Origin: Octopus bimaculoides
Lineage: Eukaryota
Direction of reading: 5' to 3'
DNA: 64,000 nucleotides
Assembly (NCBI RefSeq): GCF_001194135.2
Contig: NC_069005.1
Coordinates: 19,099,260 to 19,163,259, forward strand
Shown: one piece after another, positions 24,527 through 37,861 of the stretch
Layout of the letters: each line of letters opens with the position of its first letter
Position numbering within the stretch: position 1 is the first letter of the stretch
Notes under the pieces: generated by a model
Told to the model about the DNA's origin: nothing
Databases searched by the model: none
Seen by the model: the letters and a program-made list of their open reading frames with translations, nothing else
Made by a program: the position numbers and the translations under genes

Positions 24527-25360
24527 TTGGTTGACTGTTAGGTTTTAGGATCTGACAGTTTGAATGAAAGTTAGTCATTTAGTAGTAAGAAATTCTAGGG
24601 AGAGCTGAACTGTTGAAGGTCTTCAGAGAAGAATCCCACCATTTATACAAGTGTGCCAGCCCTTAGCTCACTGGTTGACTCTGGCTTTGGGGTCTGGCAG
24701 TTTAAATGAAAATCAGTCATTTGGTAGTAAGAAGCTCTAGGGAGAACTGAACAGCAGATCTTCAGACAAGAAGTCCACCTCTTATGCAAGTGTTTGGATC
24801 CTTGAGTCCTTGTTGGTTGAGTATTAGGTTTTGGGATCTGACATTTTAATTGAAAGTCACTCATTTGACGTGGAAGCGCATGGCTCAGTGGTTAGAGCAT
24901 CAGGCTCACAATCATTAGGTAGTGAGTTTGATTCCCAGACCTGGCTGTGTGTTGTGTTCTTGAGCAAGACACTTCATTTCACATTGCTCCAGTTCACTCA
25001 GCTGTAGAAATGAGTTGCGATGTCGCTGGTGCCAAGCTGCATCAGCCTTTGTCTTGGATAATATCGGTGACAGGGAAGAGGGGAGGTTGGAATACATGAG
25101 TGACTGCTGGTCTTCCACTAACAACCTCGCCTAGACTTGTGCCTTAGAGGGGAACTTTCTAGGTGCAATCCCATGGTCATTCATGACCGAAGGGGGTCTT
25201 TACGCTCTTTACTCATTTGGCAATAAGAAACTCTTGGGAGAGCTGAATGCCAGAAGGTCTTCAGAGAAGTTCACCTGTTATGTAAGTGTTTGAGCCCTTG
25301 AAGCTAAGTGCTTCCCTAGTTGACTTTTAGGTTTGGGGATCTGGCAGTTTAAGTGAATGT
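24527..25360. repeat. Degenerate about 145-bp tandem repeat (about 4 units) interrupted by a SINE
   Basis: Recurring ..gttgact..ggatctg.cagttt..gtcatttg..aagaa.ctctagggaga.ctgaa..tcttcagagaag; units start near 24527, 24671, 24812 and 25316. Confidence 0.8.
24868..25210 (+). mobile_element. Full-length tRNA-headed SINE with 9-bp TSD
   Basis: A box tggctcagtggttagag, B box gagtttgattcc. TSD ACTCATTTG at 24859-24867 and 25211-25219. Confidence 0.9.
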
Positions 25361-25649
25361 CAATAATTTCATTTTAATAACCCTTGATTAACCCCAGGCC
25401 AGCTCTATTACAGTAAACACTTATAATCAAAAAATTATTTCCACCTTATCCAATTTACATAACATGGCAGGCAATAGTTTGAGGGAAATTTGACTGCTAT
25501 TTCTAACGGGTCAAACGTCCACGTAGAGGTTTCCTCGTCGGAGTTGCTAAAATATGCAGTTACATAATAGACTGATTACTCAATGTTTGAAGAATGTGAC
25601 TGGACGTATGCTGTCTTACGGCTTTAGAATATTAAAATTAAAGTATTAT

Positions 25650-26015
25650 TGTGGCTGTGTGGTAAGAAGTTTGCTTCCCAATAACGTGGTTTCAGGTTCA
25701 GTCCCACTGCATGGCACTTTGGGCAAGTACCTTCGAGTATAACCTTGAGCCAACCAAAGCCTTGTGAGTAGATTTTTTCCTCAGAAGCTACAAGTCCGTC
25801 AAATATGTGTATATAGGTATGTCTGTGTTTGTCCCCACCCAACGCTTGGCAACCGGTATCTGTCTGTTCGCGTGCCCGTAACAAAAAGAGACCGATAGGA
25901 TAAGTACCAGGTTTGGAAAGAAATAAATACTGGTATTGATTTGTTCGAGTAAAACCCTTGCAAAGCTATGTCCCAGCATGGCCGCAGACCAACGACTGAA
26001 ACAACTGAAAGATAA
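25650..26015 (+). mobile_element. Near full-length SINE
   Basis: Same family as 23746-24086, with more CpGs retained. Confidence 0.85.
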
Positions 26016-28128
26016 AAATAGGCTTAGATTTACTTCAGTCCATAAAGTGTAATTGCATTCCAGAGTTGTTTCCCTTCGCCTTATTTGCCCCCAACTCAAG
26101 TTTGACCTGTGTGATTTGCATATATTAATCACGCAACTTATCAATGTTTCACCGTTCGCAGTAGTGGTTTCAACTGTATTAAATGACGTGTACTAAACAA
26201 GTTATGTGTTGGTAAGTTTTCTCTTCTTTTTCTTCCCAACCTTTTTCTGCTCGTATGTGCCGTTGTCCACCTTATTAGTTTAGCTAAACATTTACTGGAC
26301 TTGTTAACACCACCACTTGTCACGCCAACCCCCTTGCTTTCTTTCTCTCCTTCACCAAATTCCTGTCGGTTGGATGATCAAATGCAAAGTTGTTATAGAC
26401 GCGGTCGTAATATGGTGGGGCTTGGCTATCGAAATCGGTCAATTTTATGTGCAGACAATATTTTCGTGTTGTGTTTGCGTGTATATACATGTATGTATAT
26501 ACTTATGTACATATTAGCGGTCATTGGCTACCGCTACCTACTCATCACCTTGTGTGTAAAACATGTTTTATCGGTGTTCAAACATAAACGTGGTGAGCCA
26601 AAGCCTGGGCGGGTGCTTATTCGGTGCCAGGTGTATCTCTCTCGCATCTCTATAACTGAACTGTGCATCAGTGAACGGCAAAGAGAGAAACAGATAGTGT
26701 AGAAGCGATGACATGTCGGTCACTTCGTTAAGTGCTGTTGCCGCTACTGCAGGTAGTGGAGGGCATGTTGTGGGTGTTTTGAGCCAGTTGCTGTGTGTCG
26801 TGCAGCAGTGTGGGAATGGTCCTTTTAAAATTCCAGCTGATTACATTCGGGAATTTTTCATTTACTTATTATCTATTTGTAGTTGTATGTATATATGGAG
26901 GGCATGTGTACACACGTCACTTAACCTGCAGTTCGTTTTAACGTCACTACCTCCGACTATAGTTTTTTTTCCCCCTGCTATTCAATCAATAACTTAATCT
27001 TTAATATTTACACAGCAGATTAACAGAAAGATATATTTGTACTACAGGAAAGTATTTTATCTCATCATCAAGTGTTTTGTTTTTGAATGTCCTCTTGCAG
27101 GATTTAGTTAACATGTTCACTTTTAGCTTATATAATATAGGGGACGAAAGAGAGAAAACAAGCAAAAAAAAAACAAAAAAAAAAAACACGTGCGTGTAGT
27201 CTTGGAACGATTGTCCCGTCCTGTTTTTCGGGTGTTCGAATAAATCTTTTTTTTTTCGTCCATTACGGTGTTCCTTAATTGATTTCCCGCTCGTTACTAT
27301 TTTCGACTTCTTTTTGTCCTCAAGATTAGTATTTATTGCGATTCTATAAATTACAGCTACTAATGAAAACGGCCGTCTCTTATAGCTCCTCGCTTTTAAC
27401 CTTTCGGTTTCACTGTTCCTCCGTTTGTTCAACTCTTTCATCTTTCCTCTCTCTCGTTCCGTTCTCTTAGTTTAATTTTCCCCTCTAATCGGCTCTTTCA
27501 CCTTCTCTTCATCTCTAATTCTTTTTTCCTCTCCTCATACTCTCTCTCAAATTTTCACTTTCTCTTCCTTTCTTTCTCTGTCTCGTCTTCTCTTCCCCTT
27601 CTGCTCTAAGTTTATTTACTATCTGTTTCTCTCTCTCCCCCCTTATTCGTTCGTCTGTCTTTCAATCTCGTTGCCCCTCGTCTCCCGTCGCTCACAATCC
27701 CTATCTAATTTATCAAAACGCCAATTACTAGTAAAAGATATCATTACTGCTACTATTCGCTCGTACAACTAATACTTACTAGAAGTATTAGTAGCAGCAG
27801 TAGTAGTCATCGTCGTTGTCGTAACTGGCACTTTCCATCGTTTTAGCCTACAAGGCTATTACTGTTTAACTTTCTGGATCTTACCAAAAATCTCTAATCA
27901 TGTTTCTACCAGTTCCTCCTGTTTCATGTAAGATCATTTTCCCTATTATCCTTGGCTGCAATATTCCTTTTTACATCTGAACTCTCGTTCGGTCTGGGAA
28001 GCCTTTGATTTAAATTTCTCTGTTTCCTCCTTTCTCCCCGTTTGTCTTAATTTTATTGTTACATCCACTTACAATTAAGTGCCCTTTTGAAATTGCAATA
28101 CCCATTTCACCGGTTATATACCAGGGGT

Positions 28129-28321
28129 TTACGTTGTCGCAACCGGGTTTTAGGTTTTAATAATAGCAGTCATATAATGTACTGTGTGGTGCGTTTCACA
28201 TTATGCAAAACATATAGCTTAGTGCGCCAGTTGAGTTTGTGTGTGTGTGTTTACTCACATAGATAGAGGAGACATTGGTTTTTTTTTTCTTTTCATGGTG
28301 AAAAGTAATAGAACAGTAAGA
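28129..28321. mobile_element. Second copy of the unclassified MITE-like repeat
   Basis: Aligns by eye with 24194-24430. Confidence 0.6.
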
Positions 28322-29487
28322 CACGACATCTGTGTATGTGTGGATTACGCGAGTTTCTGTTCTCTGTGTTTCTTACGACTGGACGTTTCGGAGATATCGA
28401 ACCCAATGTTTTTTCCTGTTACTTTTTTCTTTCGTAAACATACTCGTTACATATTGCTCTATCTTACAAAGTGCCTGATTATTTTCTCACTTTTGTTTCA
28501 ATCAATATCTGGAATAAATTCTAGATCACGTACGTAAATGTATTTACGTGTAAGATAAAGTAAAAAAAAAATCAGTCGGGTTACATAAAAAAAGCAACCA
28601 AAAACCTAACCTTGTTTCTTTCTAGAAGGAAAAGTCACCCTTAAATACAACATCGAAGGACGATTTCATCGTTGTTTTTTGTTTTCATAAATTGTTATAT
28701 CTTTTTAGGCCGATTCTGGCATGGAAACTTTTTGTCTTCTTTTCTCTCTTATAATATTTTTTTCTCTCACGATGTCTGTTGTTTTTTATTTTAGTATTTT
28801 AATTTGAAGTGTTGCAATGTCGCAAATATGCTGATTCATTAAGCACGTGTTCCGTTGATTGGTATTTTTAACGAATTCAAAGTGAACTTAGAGTAGTAAT
28901 TATGTATGTGTTAATACACAAGATGTTGTACATGTGTATAACGCATATACACAGTATGTATATATATAACATTTTATTAAGACTTGTGGCATTGTAAGGT
29001 TTGTATGAATGCATGTGTGAATCCGTGCTTAACGGCGTGTCCTCTAATTTGTGCCGGCATATGATAACTATATGAACTACGATAAAACCCTAATTAATGT
29101 GTGTGTGAATATTCTATGCGGCTTGTAAATTTAAATAGAGAAATAAATAAAATTATTATTATCATTACAAAGTTCTTGGTATAATTTAAACTAAAAAAAA
29201 CCTCGTTAAAACAAAATAAGCATTTAATGTCCAATTTATTTAATATGAAATTTTAGAGAAATAATTGCCCCACGATGAAACTACATATTATTATACGGCC
29301 CTTGTGGCCAGTAAAGTAACGATTATTATTATTGCTGTTGTAAGTGTCTAAACTGTGCTACGGCACACATCTCCAGTTGACCTTTCTCAGTTCTCGGCAA
29401 TTTCGTTTTTTTTTTTGTCCTCTATTTCACCTGTGATATTTCATTTCGCATTCATTTAATTTATATAAAAAAGACACGGAGCGGCTT

Positions 29488-29524
<37 letters not shown>

Positions 29525-32443
29525 AGTAAATATATACATATTTATTACTAAACTTGACTTTCAGAAAGAGAAAAAAAAACCCTTCGTACTTATAGATTAA
29601 TCTTGATGTTTGATTCGATCACTCGATTAATATTTCAAATTAAAAAGCCGATTTCTTTCCTTAGTTTATGGTTAGTCAAATAAAGAAACGGTTATGTTTA
29701 AGTGTTCTTGTTTCTTGATTGTTGTGGAGAACTTTTCCTTATTCTACAATATACTTAATTTAATTATTCGATCGATACTATCAGATAACTGATGGAAAAC
29801 AGTCACGGGAAGAAGGAGTCACAAGTTTAGCCAACGAAAAAAAGAATAGTTTCTTTTCGTTTAAAATACTACAATTAACAGTATAATTAATTAAACAAAT
29901 ATTTTAAGTAGCTTAAGTGACAATACATGGCTTATTATACAATGACAGCATAATATATCTGCAAGACACGTATATGAAGAAAAAAAACATTACGTTTTAT
30001 TTAGTATCTTAGAAAATTGAAGAAAAAAAGAAAACAAATTAAATCGGTTTTCCTGTTTTTTTTTTTTCTCCAGGAAACCCTGCTCCGATGAAGAGTACTG
30101 GCTGAAATATTAGATTTTTTTCCCCCTCTTTTTCTCGTGACAAACCAATTTATTCTACATTTGAAGTACTTATGCTTTAGTTTAACCAATATCAGTTCGT
30201 ACAAGATATCAGAAAGCGGCTAACAAATTCTAATGCTATCCCAACGATACTTTTTACATCTTTCTAACCATTTTCTCCGATGTAGCAAAATGGTTAAACA
30301 TATTCTTTTTTAAATATCGCGAGGAAAGAAAAATGTCCCATCCGTGTCGATCTGCAAGCTGTTTCATATTTTTGAAAGAGAAAAAGAAAAAAAGATGCAC
30401 ACACGCCCCAAGGTTGCCAATTAACAAGTCGTTAGGGCGTCGGATAGATTGCTTTGCGGTAATTGTTTCTGCTCTCTAGACTCTGAGTTCAAATCTTGCC
30501 GAGGTTAATTTTGCTTTTCATCCTTTCAGTTTCGATTCTTCTTTCTTTAACTCCTTTTTTTTTCCAACTGTTTTTTCCTCTCTTTTTGGAAGAAACCGAT
30601 TGTGAGGGTTGGACTCCGCCCGGCCTAAAATGCCCAAAACACCCTGTGTGTATTGACGACGTCCCTACGATTTCCATTAAAGCGTTAAGGGGCCCATGGC
30701 ATGTGTATTTGTGTGTTGATAACGTAAATGTTACACCTAGGACCAATCTCAATAATGGTTATTTCCCTTAGGTCATACATAGTTTAACCTATACTGCTAA
30801 ATTCGTTAGAACGTCGAACAAAATGGCTTGTGGTACACCTTCCGGTGTTGTAACTTCTGAGTTCAGATGCCGTTGAGGTTAACTTTGTCTGGGGTCGATA
30901 AAATCAAGTATTGTGGATTGATTTAATGAACTGTGACTCTCTGTTCTCCTATTCTCCACCCACCTGCATATTTCAGGCCTTGTATGTTATTTTCATTTAT
31001 CTTAAGTCTTCCAACTCTTAGCACAGAGCAACAGATGGTGTCTCTCATACACAGTAGTAAAATTAAGCATGTAGGAATCGATATTGTTTTTTTAGCCCCA
31101 GGTCAACCTCGACTGTTCGACTCTATGACTGAAGGTATTTCACCTGTGATCATTCCAACCTTTTGGTGGAAGTAGGGGAGTGAGTGTATCTTGGATTACA
31201 TTACCCAATGTGTCCTTCCTCTTTGTTAGATGGTAAGGTGCGATTTGAGGGAGATTTGATTGCTATTTCTTAGCAGGTCAACTGACCTCCCATAACTTGG
31301 AGCACCTACTTAATATAGCATTGGATTATTTAGTAGATAATCTTGCATAAATTAAATGCTGTGTTTTTTGTTTTACTTCATTATTATTATTTTTTTTTTT
31401 GCATGGAAAACAGACGTTAAACAATGAGGATGGAAGTGATGGTGTGACTTCATCTCCCTAACTTCATTGTTTGGCTTAACATTCAAAGGCTTAGATGTTC
31501 TTTAAGTCGTTGCAATATTCACAGATGATTGGGGTTTGTGAGATAAAAATGATGTGAGTAGAAATTAAGTAAATAAATTAGCTTTAGTGAGTAATATAAA
31601 AGTACTACTGACCTCTATCGTAACTGATTATGCTGGAAGATTTTAATTTAAATGTAAACAGTTTATAAGTTGACAGATTTTGTATCAATGAACCAGAAAT
31701 TTCCACTGGGTTGTTATCAAGGGTTAACTAATATTGCATTATAAACTTGGTTCCGTTCTAGTTAATCATTATCATCATTTAATGTCCATGTTCCATGCTG
31801 GCATGGGTTGGATGGTTTGACAGATCCTACGAGTGCAAAGATTGCATTGTGATCCAATATTTGTTTTAGCATGATTTCTACAGCTGGATGCTCTTCCCAA
31901 CATGAGTACTGCCCACAGCTTTCATGCTCTCACCATGATGCCCTCCTACTTAACCGGTCATCAGAAAGTTGCCTCGCCAGTGAGTGCACAACACCTCACA
32001 GAAGCCTCTCCATCCTATTAGCATGATCCAGAGATAAGTGTAGACAAACTAGCCAGTGCCAATATGGGTTGCAGGCTCAGGAATGTAGGATCTCAAGCAC
32101 AAGCAAAAGATCCCCAAAATATTCAGTGCTATTCCCTGCATATCTGGTGTCAGTGACCTTCTCCTAGAGATATGCTTTAGCAAAAGCTGAGGGTTGCCTC
32201 CCTCCCAGTGGTCTTCCAGCAGGCCAGAATTGCTAGATAGGCATTGAACCTACTTTAGGTTCATCTGTTCTTTTGACACATCTTATTTTTTGTCCTGTTG
32301 GGTTTCTGGTAACCCTCTTCACCAGGCAAACCTAGTAGAGGCACCAGATTAGTTGCTAACAACCCTACCATGCAATGGGTTGAACTAGATTCCATGTTAC
32401 AGTAGCACTCATGAGAGACCTCACAAGTGACTTGACCTGACAT

Positions 32444-32479
<36 letters not shown>

Positions 32480-33129
32480 GTATATAAAATGCTTCTCTGA
32501 AAATTGTGATCTACAAGTAGTGACACCATCTCTTTTGCCTTCAGAAAGGCTTTGCACCTTTTAAAGATATGAGAAATAGATCCCTTGCTTGAAAAACAGG
32601 TAAGGGTTCAGTAACAGGAAGGGCATCTGGTTTTAAAGCAGCGTCTCACTATATTGCTAGCATAGGAAAATGTACATAAGATTGAGGAAAAGTGTGTACA
32701 GCAGTATGTGAACAACATTTTGTCTAGAGTTAAACCCTTCAGGATTCAGGTTATTCTATAAAATTTAACACTTATTTATTCACATTGTTTTGAATTAAAT
32801 CATGAATTGTCTTGTAGCATCGAAATTTTGACGTGATTGTTTATTTTTTAATGACATTATAGGATAGGTGTGAGAGGCTGGATCTGGCCCATTTGAACAT
32901 AAAACATAGAGCATATTTTGGGTGGACAAGGCCGTTTTTTTTTTTCTCTCTCTCTATGGTTTGATGCCCTTCCTGTTGCTAACCAAGGCAATATTTCCAT
33001 ATGGCCAGACATGTTTTTCTATGGAAGACTGGAAGTAAACAGGGTTGCTTGTATGACAGTGATGCTCATTATCCACCACATGATGTTAGGACAGGAGTAC
33101 ACAGACACACATATATTATACAATAAGGT

Positions 33130-33194
33130 TCTTTCATTCTCTGTCTGCCAAATCAACTCACAAGACTTCGGTTGGCTTACAGCTGTAGTAGAAG

Positions 33195-33242
<48 letters not shown>

Positions 33243-33392
33243 GATGGGCCTCTTTCAGTTTCCATCTGCCATTTTCATTCACAAGGCTTTGGTTGGTCTG
33301 TGGCTATAATTGAAGATACTTGTTCAAGGCACCATGCAGTGGGACTGAACCCAAGACCACCTGATTGGGAAGCAATCTTCTTAACCACACAA
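33130..33392 (-). mobile_element. SINE head/core with (TA)n
   Basis: Reverse complement of the 23746-family head. Confidence 0.8.
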
Positions 33393-33779
33393 GCTATAGA
33401 AAAGCAAAACAAAACACTGCCACAAAATTTGCACTGACTCCTCAAATGTATGCAATACTGGTTTCAAATTTTGATACAGGGCCAGCAAGTTCAGGAGGTG
33501 GAGTGTAAGTAAATTCATGAGCCATCTTGTATATTTGCACCATACTTCTGATATGTGCAGCACAGTTAATAACATGGTAGTCTATTTTTCTCATCACCAC
33601 AAACCTATAAACCATACCCTCTTTAAACACATTATATTTAACCTTTTGTTTGCAGTTAAATTTTGTTTGTGCTCCGGTTGCAGAAACTCTGTGCATGTGA
33701 GTGTGTGTGTGTATGTGTCTGTACAGCTTAGGAGTCTGAAACTGTGAAAGTATGCAATAGTCTTTCATGTATTCTATTT

Positions 33780-34440
33780 GTCAGTAAAATTCCTCCCAAA
33801 ATCCTGTGATTGCACCTTTTGTATGGAAGACAGTATATTAGTAAACAGATAGTAGGCCAAGCATGTTGCTGCCACTACTGCAGCCACTTATTTAAGAAAC
33901 ATTTTGATCAGAACCCTTCTTCCTCAATTTCTTTCCTGTAAATCTAGCCAACATTGGTTGCATCAGTCTTTGAGAGTCCCCATAAAGACCATTGACACAG
34001 TTCCTCCTGCTCTTAATGTCAGCAGCATCATTCAAGAATTTAGTTTCTTCTTTGCTGAATGCTTCCTTTGAAGTGATGGCATTGGTTAGTGTAGATCAAT
34101 TCATGCATAGAAGAGTTGATGGCATTGACTGCATGGTGATGTTGGTGGAGGATGAGATTGATTTTCTCGAGTCTTTCTTGAGTTGAACTTTGAAAAGATT
34201 ATTCTCTTAATATCCTTGTTAGTATTGTTACATTTACTGTCTCACCTTCAGTGTTCTGTGAGAGGATTTGAAACCTATACTGCAACCCACATGTGTAAGT
34301 GTTCGTCCTGCTCTGATAGCTATATGCAAATGAGTTTTGCCAGATATATGTGTTGTCAGGTAAACTAGGTTATCATTGCATCAATATTGACCTAGCACAT
34401 GCTTACCTTGACTAGCTGTGATTCTCCTTTATTGATGAAG
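33780..34440 (-). mobile_element. Highly decayed RTE ORF2 linker fragment
   Basis: Minus KINLILHQ..RNCVNGLYGD..W.QH..LL resembles the RTE linker (K.IYGP..RW.EHF..LLN). Confidence 0.45.
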
Positions 34441-35778
34441 TCATTTGTACTATTTAGACTGGTTTTGGTTATAAATACAAACAGCTTAATTTTTATAGAA
34501 TTAGCATCCTGTCCCAGTTAGTTGTATGTAATGTCTCTGTCTAGAGAGGACATTGAACTAGCTCAGAGGTCTCAACATTGCAAGTATTTTGTGTTTGAAC
34601 TGTAGCTTCTAATTCTTTATGCTGCACTCCCACCAAATTATTGACACAAGGTCTGGAGATGTTAGCTTAGTGATATATATATATATTGTCTGCCTGACTG
34701 TTGACAATGCATGAGTGTATGTATATACATATGGTAAGAAGTTTGCTTTCAAACCACATGATTTTAGGTTCAGTCCCACTGTGTAGTACCTTGAAGAAGT
34801 GTATTTTACTGTAGCCTCAGGCCAATCAAAGCCTTGTGATCAGATTTGGTAGATGGAAATGTGTGTTTCTCTGCACCACTGCTTGACAAGTGGTATTGAT
34901 TAGTGCAACTGAAACTTTTTGAATCAGTGCCTCAGTATGGCCACAGTCCATATTTGAGGATGTTAACTTTGCCAGTCTTTGTATTTTACTCAGCATAATT
35001 GCTGGCAACAGGTACCAGATCTGGAGACATTACCTGCAAAATTCTCCAAACATGACTACATAATTGGTGACGATATATATACCAGATATATTCCACATAA
35101 CTTCATTCTACCTGTTGCTAAGACACCAGAACTGGAGGTGTTAGCTGTAAAATTTTACATTCATCACTTTTCATAACTGGTGACAATATACATAAAATCC
35201 AGTGAAGTTAGCTGTGGTGTTTATTTTTTAATGTTTACTAAAAGTGAACACTTATCTTCTACCTTTTACTTGTTTCAGTTAATAGACTACTATGGCCATT
35301 GTGGGGCACTGCCTTGAAGAATTTTTAGTTCAGTGAATCAACCCCAGTATACATTTTTTTCTATCAGTTTCTTTTATCAATCTAAGTTATAGGGGCATAA
35401 ACATACAAACACCAGTTATCAAGTGGTAGTGGGGAGGGACAGACACAAAAACACATATATATATATTACATATGACAGGCTGCTTTCATTTTTTTGTCTA
35501 CCAAATCCACTCAAGGCTTTGATAGTATGAGGCTATAGTAGGAGGCACTTGCCCAAGGTACCATGCAGTAGAGCTTTTTGCCACACATCCATGCCTGCAT
35601 CTATATTTATTTTGAATTTGTAAGCCATGAATTATGGGGTTACATCCTTCATCCAAGAAAGAGGGCTTTACTAGAACTTGCTGCTGGCCCCGATATCAAA
35701 TAAGGGCTGTGAAGAGTTTGTAATGTTAGCAAGGTTAAGTTGTAGCTTAAAAACTTTTGTGGTGTTTTGTTATTGCAG

Positions 35779-35870
35779 TGATTCAAGCCTGAATGGGAGT
35801 GGCAGAGGCCATGTAGTAGCAGCAGAAAAGACAAGGGAAGGAGGTGGTACACTTGTGGGCCAGAAGCTGT
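35779..35870 (+). CDS. Candidate internal exon (DSSLNGSGRGHVVAAEKTREGGGTLVGQKL), unknown gene
   Basis: Strong acceptor tgttttgttattgcag and strong donor TGT|gtaagt. 92 nt, single open frame (phase 2 to 1). Confidence 0.5.
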
Positions 35871-36799
35871 GTAAGTTTGTGAGAGACTTACACAGTGGCT
35901 ACCAATCAGTTTGGTAGCCACATGAAAGATCCTTCATTTACTGGTATCTTAGTGGTATTTACTGGTATATCTTTTATCTTTAATCTTTTACTTGTTTCAG
36001 TCATTTGACTGCAGCCATGCATTTTGTTGAATGAATCAACCCTAGTACTTCTTTTTTTTCTTTTGTGGTACTTATTCTATTGGTGTCTTTTGCTGAACTG
36101 CTAAGCTACGGAGACACAAACACATCAATACCAGTTGTCAAGCAGCGGTTGGGAGACAGACAAAGACACACACACACACACACACATATAATGACAGGCT
36201 TCTTTCAATTTCCATCTTCCAAATCCACTCTCTAAGGGGTAATGGGCATAGAAAATGGATTATTCTGTTGAGATAGAGCACAATGGATTATTCTGTTGAG
36301 ATAGAGCACAATGGATCTGTAGTTAAGTTTGCTTCAAACAACATGAGTTCAGATTCAGTCCCATTACATGGCATCTTAAGTATTTTCTTTTATAGCCTGA
36401 TGGTGACCAAAAGCTTTGAGTGGATTTGGTTGAAAAGTGAAAAAAGTCTTTTGTTTTAATATAGTTGTAATGGGAACATCATCATATAAGTGGTGTGTTG
36501 TTTGCTTCGAATCTTCTGTGAAAGCATGTCTGGCTATGGGGAAATATTACTTTGCTTGAGAACATGAAGATTGGCAGTGGGAAGGACATCCAGCCATAGA
36601 AAGAAAATCTGCCTCAGCAAATTCCATCTGACCCATGCAAAGCATGGAAAAGTGGACAGTGAACTAGAGACTCTCCAATTGTTTCATTTTTGTGCTCTGA
36701 GGTTAATGGTTAGCAATGCGGCTCACTGGGCCATGTTGCTGACTTACTTTATCAGTATCAACTGCAGCTTTAAGACCACCTTTGCGCATATTTTATTCT

Positions 36800-37185
36800 T
36801 TTACTTGTTTCAGTTTTTTTTTTTTTACTGTAGCCATGCTGGAGCACCACCTTGAAGGGTTTTAGTTGAACAAATTGACCCCAGGCCTTTATTTTTAAGC
36901 TTAGTACTTATCCTATTGGTTTCTTTTGCTGAACTGCTAAGTTATGGAGATGTAAACACACCAACACTGGTTGTCAAGACCCCCACCATCACCACGTGAC
37001 AACCGGTGTTGGTAGGGATAGACACAGACACAAAGATACACACATAGATCATCATCATTATCATTGTAGGCTTTGGTCGGCCTGAGGCTATAATAAAAGA
37101 CACTTGCCCAAGGTACCACACAGTGGAACTGAACCCACAACTATGTGGTTGGGGAGCAAGCTTCTTACCAGACAGCCATGCCTGC
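36800..37185 (-). mobile_element. Near full-length SINE
   Basis: Reverse complement of the 23746 family. Other minus copies at about 35265-35600, 35985-36235 and 38310-38660. Confidence 0.85.
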
Positions 37186-37712
37186 GCTTGTATGCTAAAA
37201 TTTTGCAACCTTGTAGCTTCCATCAATTTAACTGAAAACTCTGCGTCTCCTCTTGTGCATTTCTGAGAATAACAAATGAAACCAGGTTATTTCTGGACTC
37301 ACTTTTAACCTGATGATCAGTCACAGAAGTTGAGAAAATGTTGGATATGTTGTTGTTCTTGTTTAACCCTTTAGCATTTAAACCAGCCATATCAGGCACA
37401 AATATTTTATGTTCAAAGTAACCAGATTTAGCTTCTCACACCTACCCTACAATGTCATTGTAAAAATAAACAATCAGATCATTGAAATTCTGTAGCTATG
37501 AGACAATGTAAATAAATAAGTATTGCATTTGATTGAGTAATCTGAATGTTAAACCTTATTGAGCAGACCTACAATCATGTGTGTTCCACTTGAATCCCTA
37601 CAACCATCACAAAGAACAGAAAGATACCATTGGATAGCACAGTATTTTTAGATACACTAAGTTGTGTGTGTTTTTAAGAGATATGGCTGCTACTTCAAGT
37701 GACTATATAAAC

Positions 37713-37861
37713 CAGTCATGGGCAACGTGCAACCCATGGGACTTTCTGAAAGACACATCTGAACTGAGAGATTACCTTGAATTTTCTTTAGGAGTTTGGT
37801 TTGCCTGATGGTGATCCATATCTTGTGCAGCCCACTTCTCAAGAAAGGTTGCCCATGTCTG
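37713..37861. mobile_element. hAT-type MITE, 149 bp
   Basis: TIR CAGTCATGGGCAAC / GTTGCCCATGTCTG (13/14). Degenerate 8-bp TSD ATATAAAC / ATATAGAG. Confidence 0.8.

Larger units (their letters stand above)
25480..30900. promoter_or_regulatory. CpG-retaining (putatively unmethylated) domain, probable promoter/5' region
   Basis: Roughly 19 CpG in 27181-27480 versus about none in 17401-17700 (hand count). GC box GGGCGGG near 26607 and a long CT-rich tract at 27420-27700. Confidence 0.55.

Noticed and set aside
24868-24945. tRNA-like A/B boxes here and at many other sites
   Set aside because: They continue into SINE bodies with no complete cloverleaf, so they are SINE heads rather than tRNA genes.
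24527-25360. Repeat array considered as CRISPR-like
   Set aside because: Eukaryotic context, long degenerate units, no unique spacers and no cas genes.
26713-26997. 94-aa ORF in the CpG domain
   Set aside because: No recognisable homology, the 3' part reads like intronic AT-rich DNA, and the possible donor (gtagtg) is weak.
30078-30112. CCGATGAAGAG..GAAATAT hammerhead-like string
   Set aside because: Stem II and stem I do not pair adequately and the core is altered.
34979-35210. 65-aa protein-like ORF
   Set aside because: It overlies a degenerate internal tandem duplication (ccaga.ctggag..tta.ctg.aaaatt..cataa.tggtgac) and lacks convincing splice context.
36254-36316. 28-bp tandem duplication
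   Set aside because: Ordinary local slippage duplication with no further structure.
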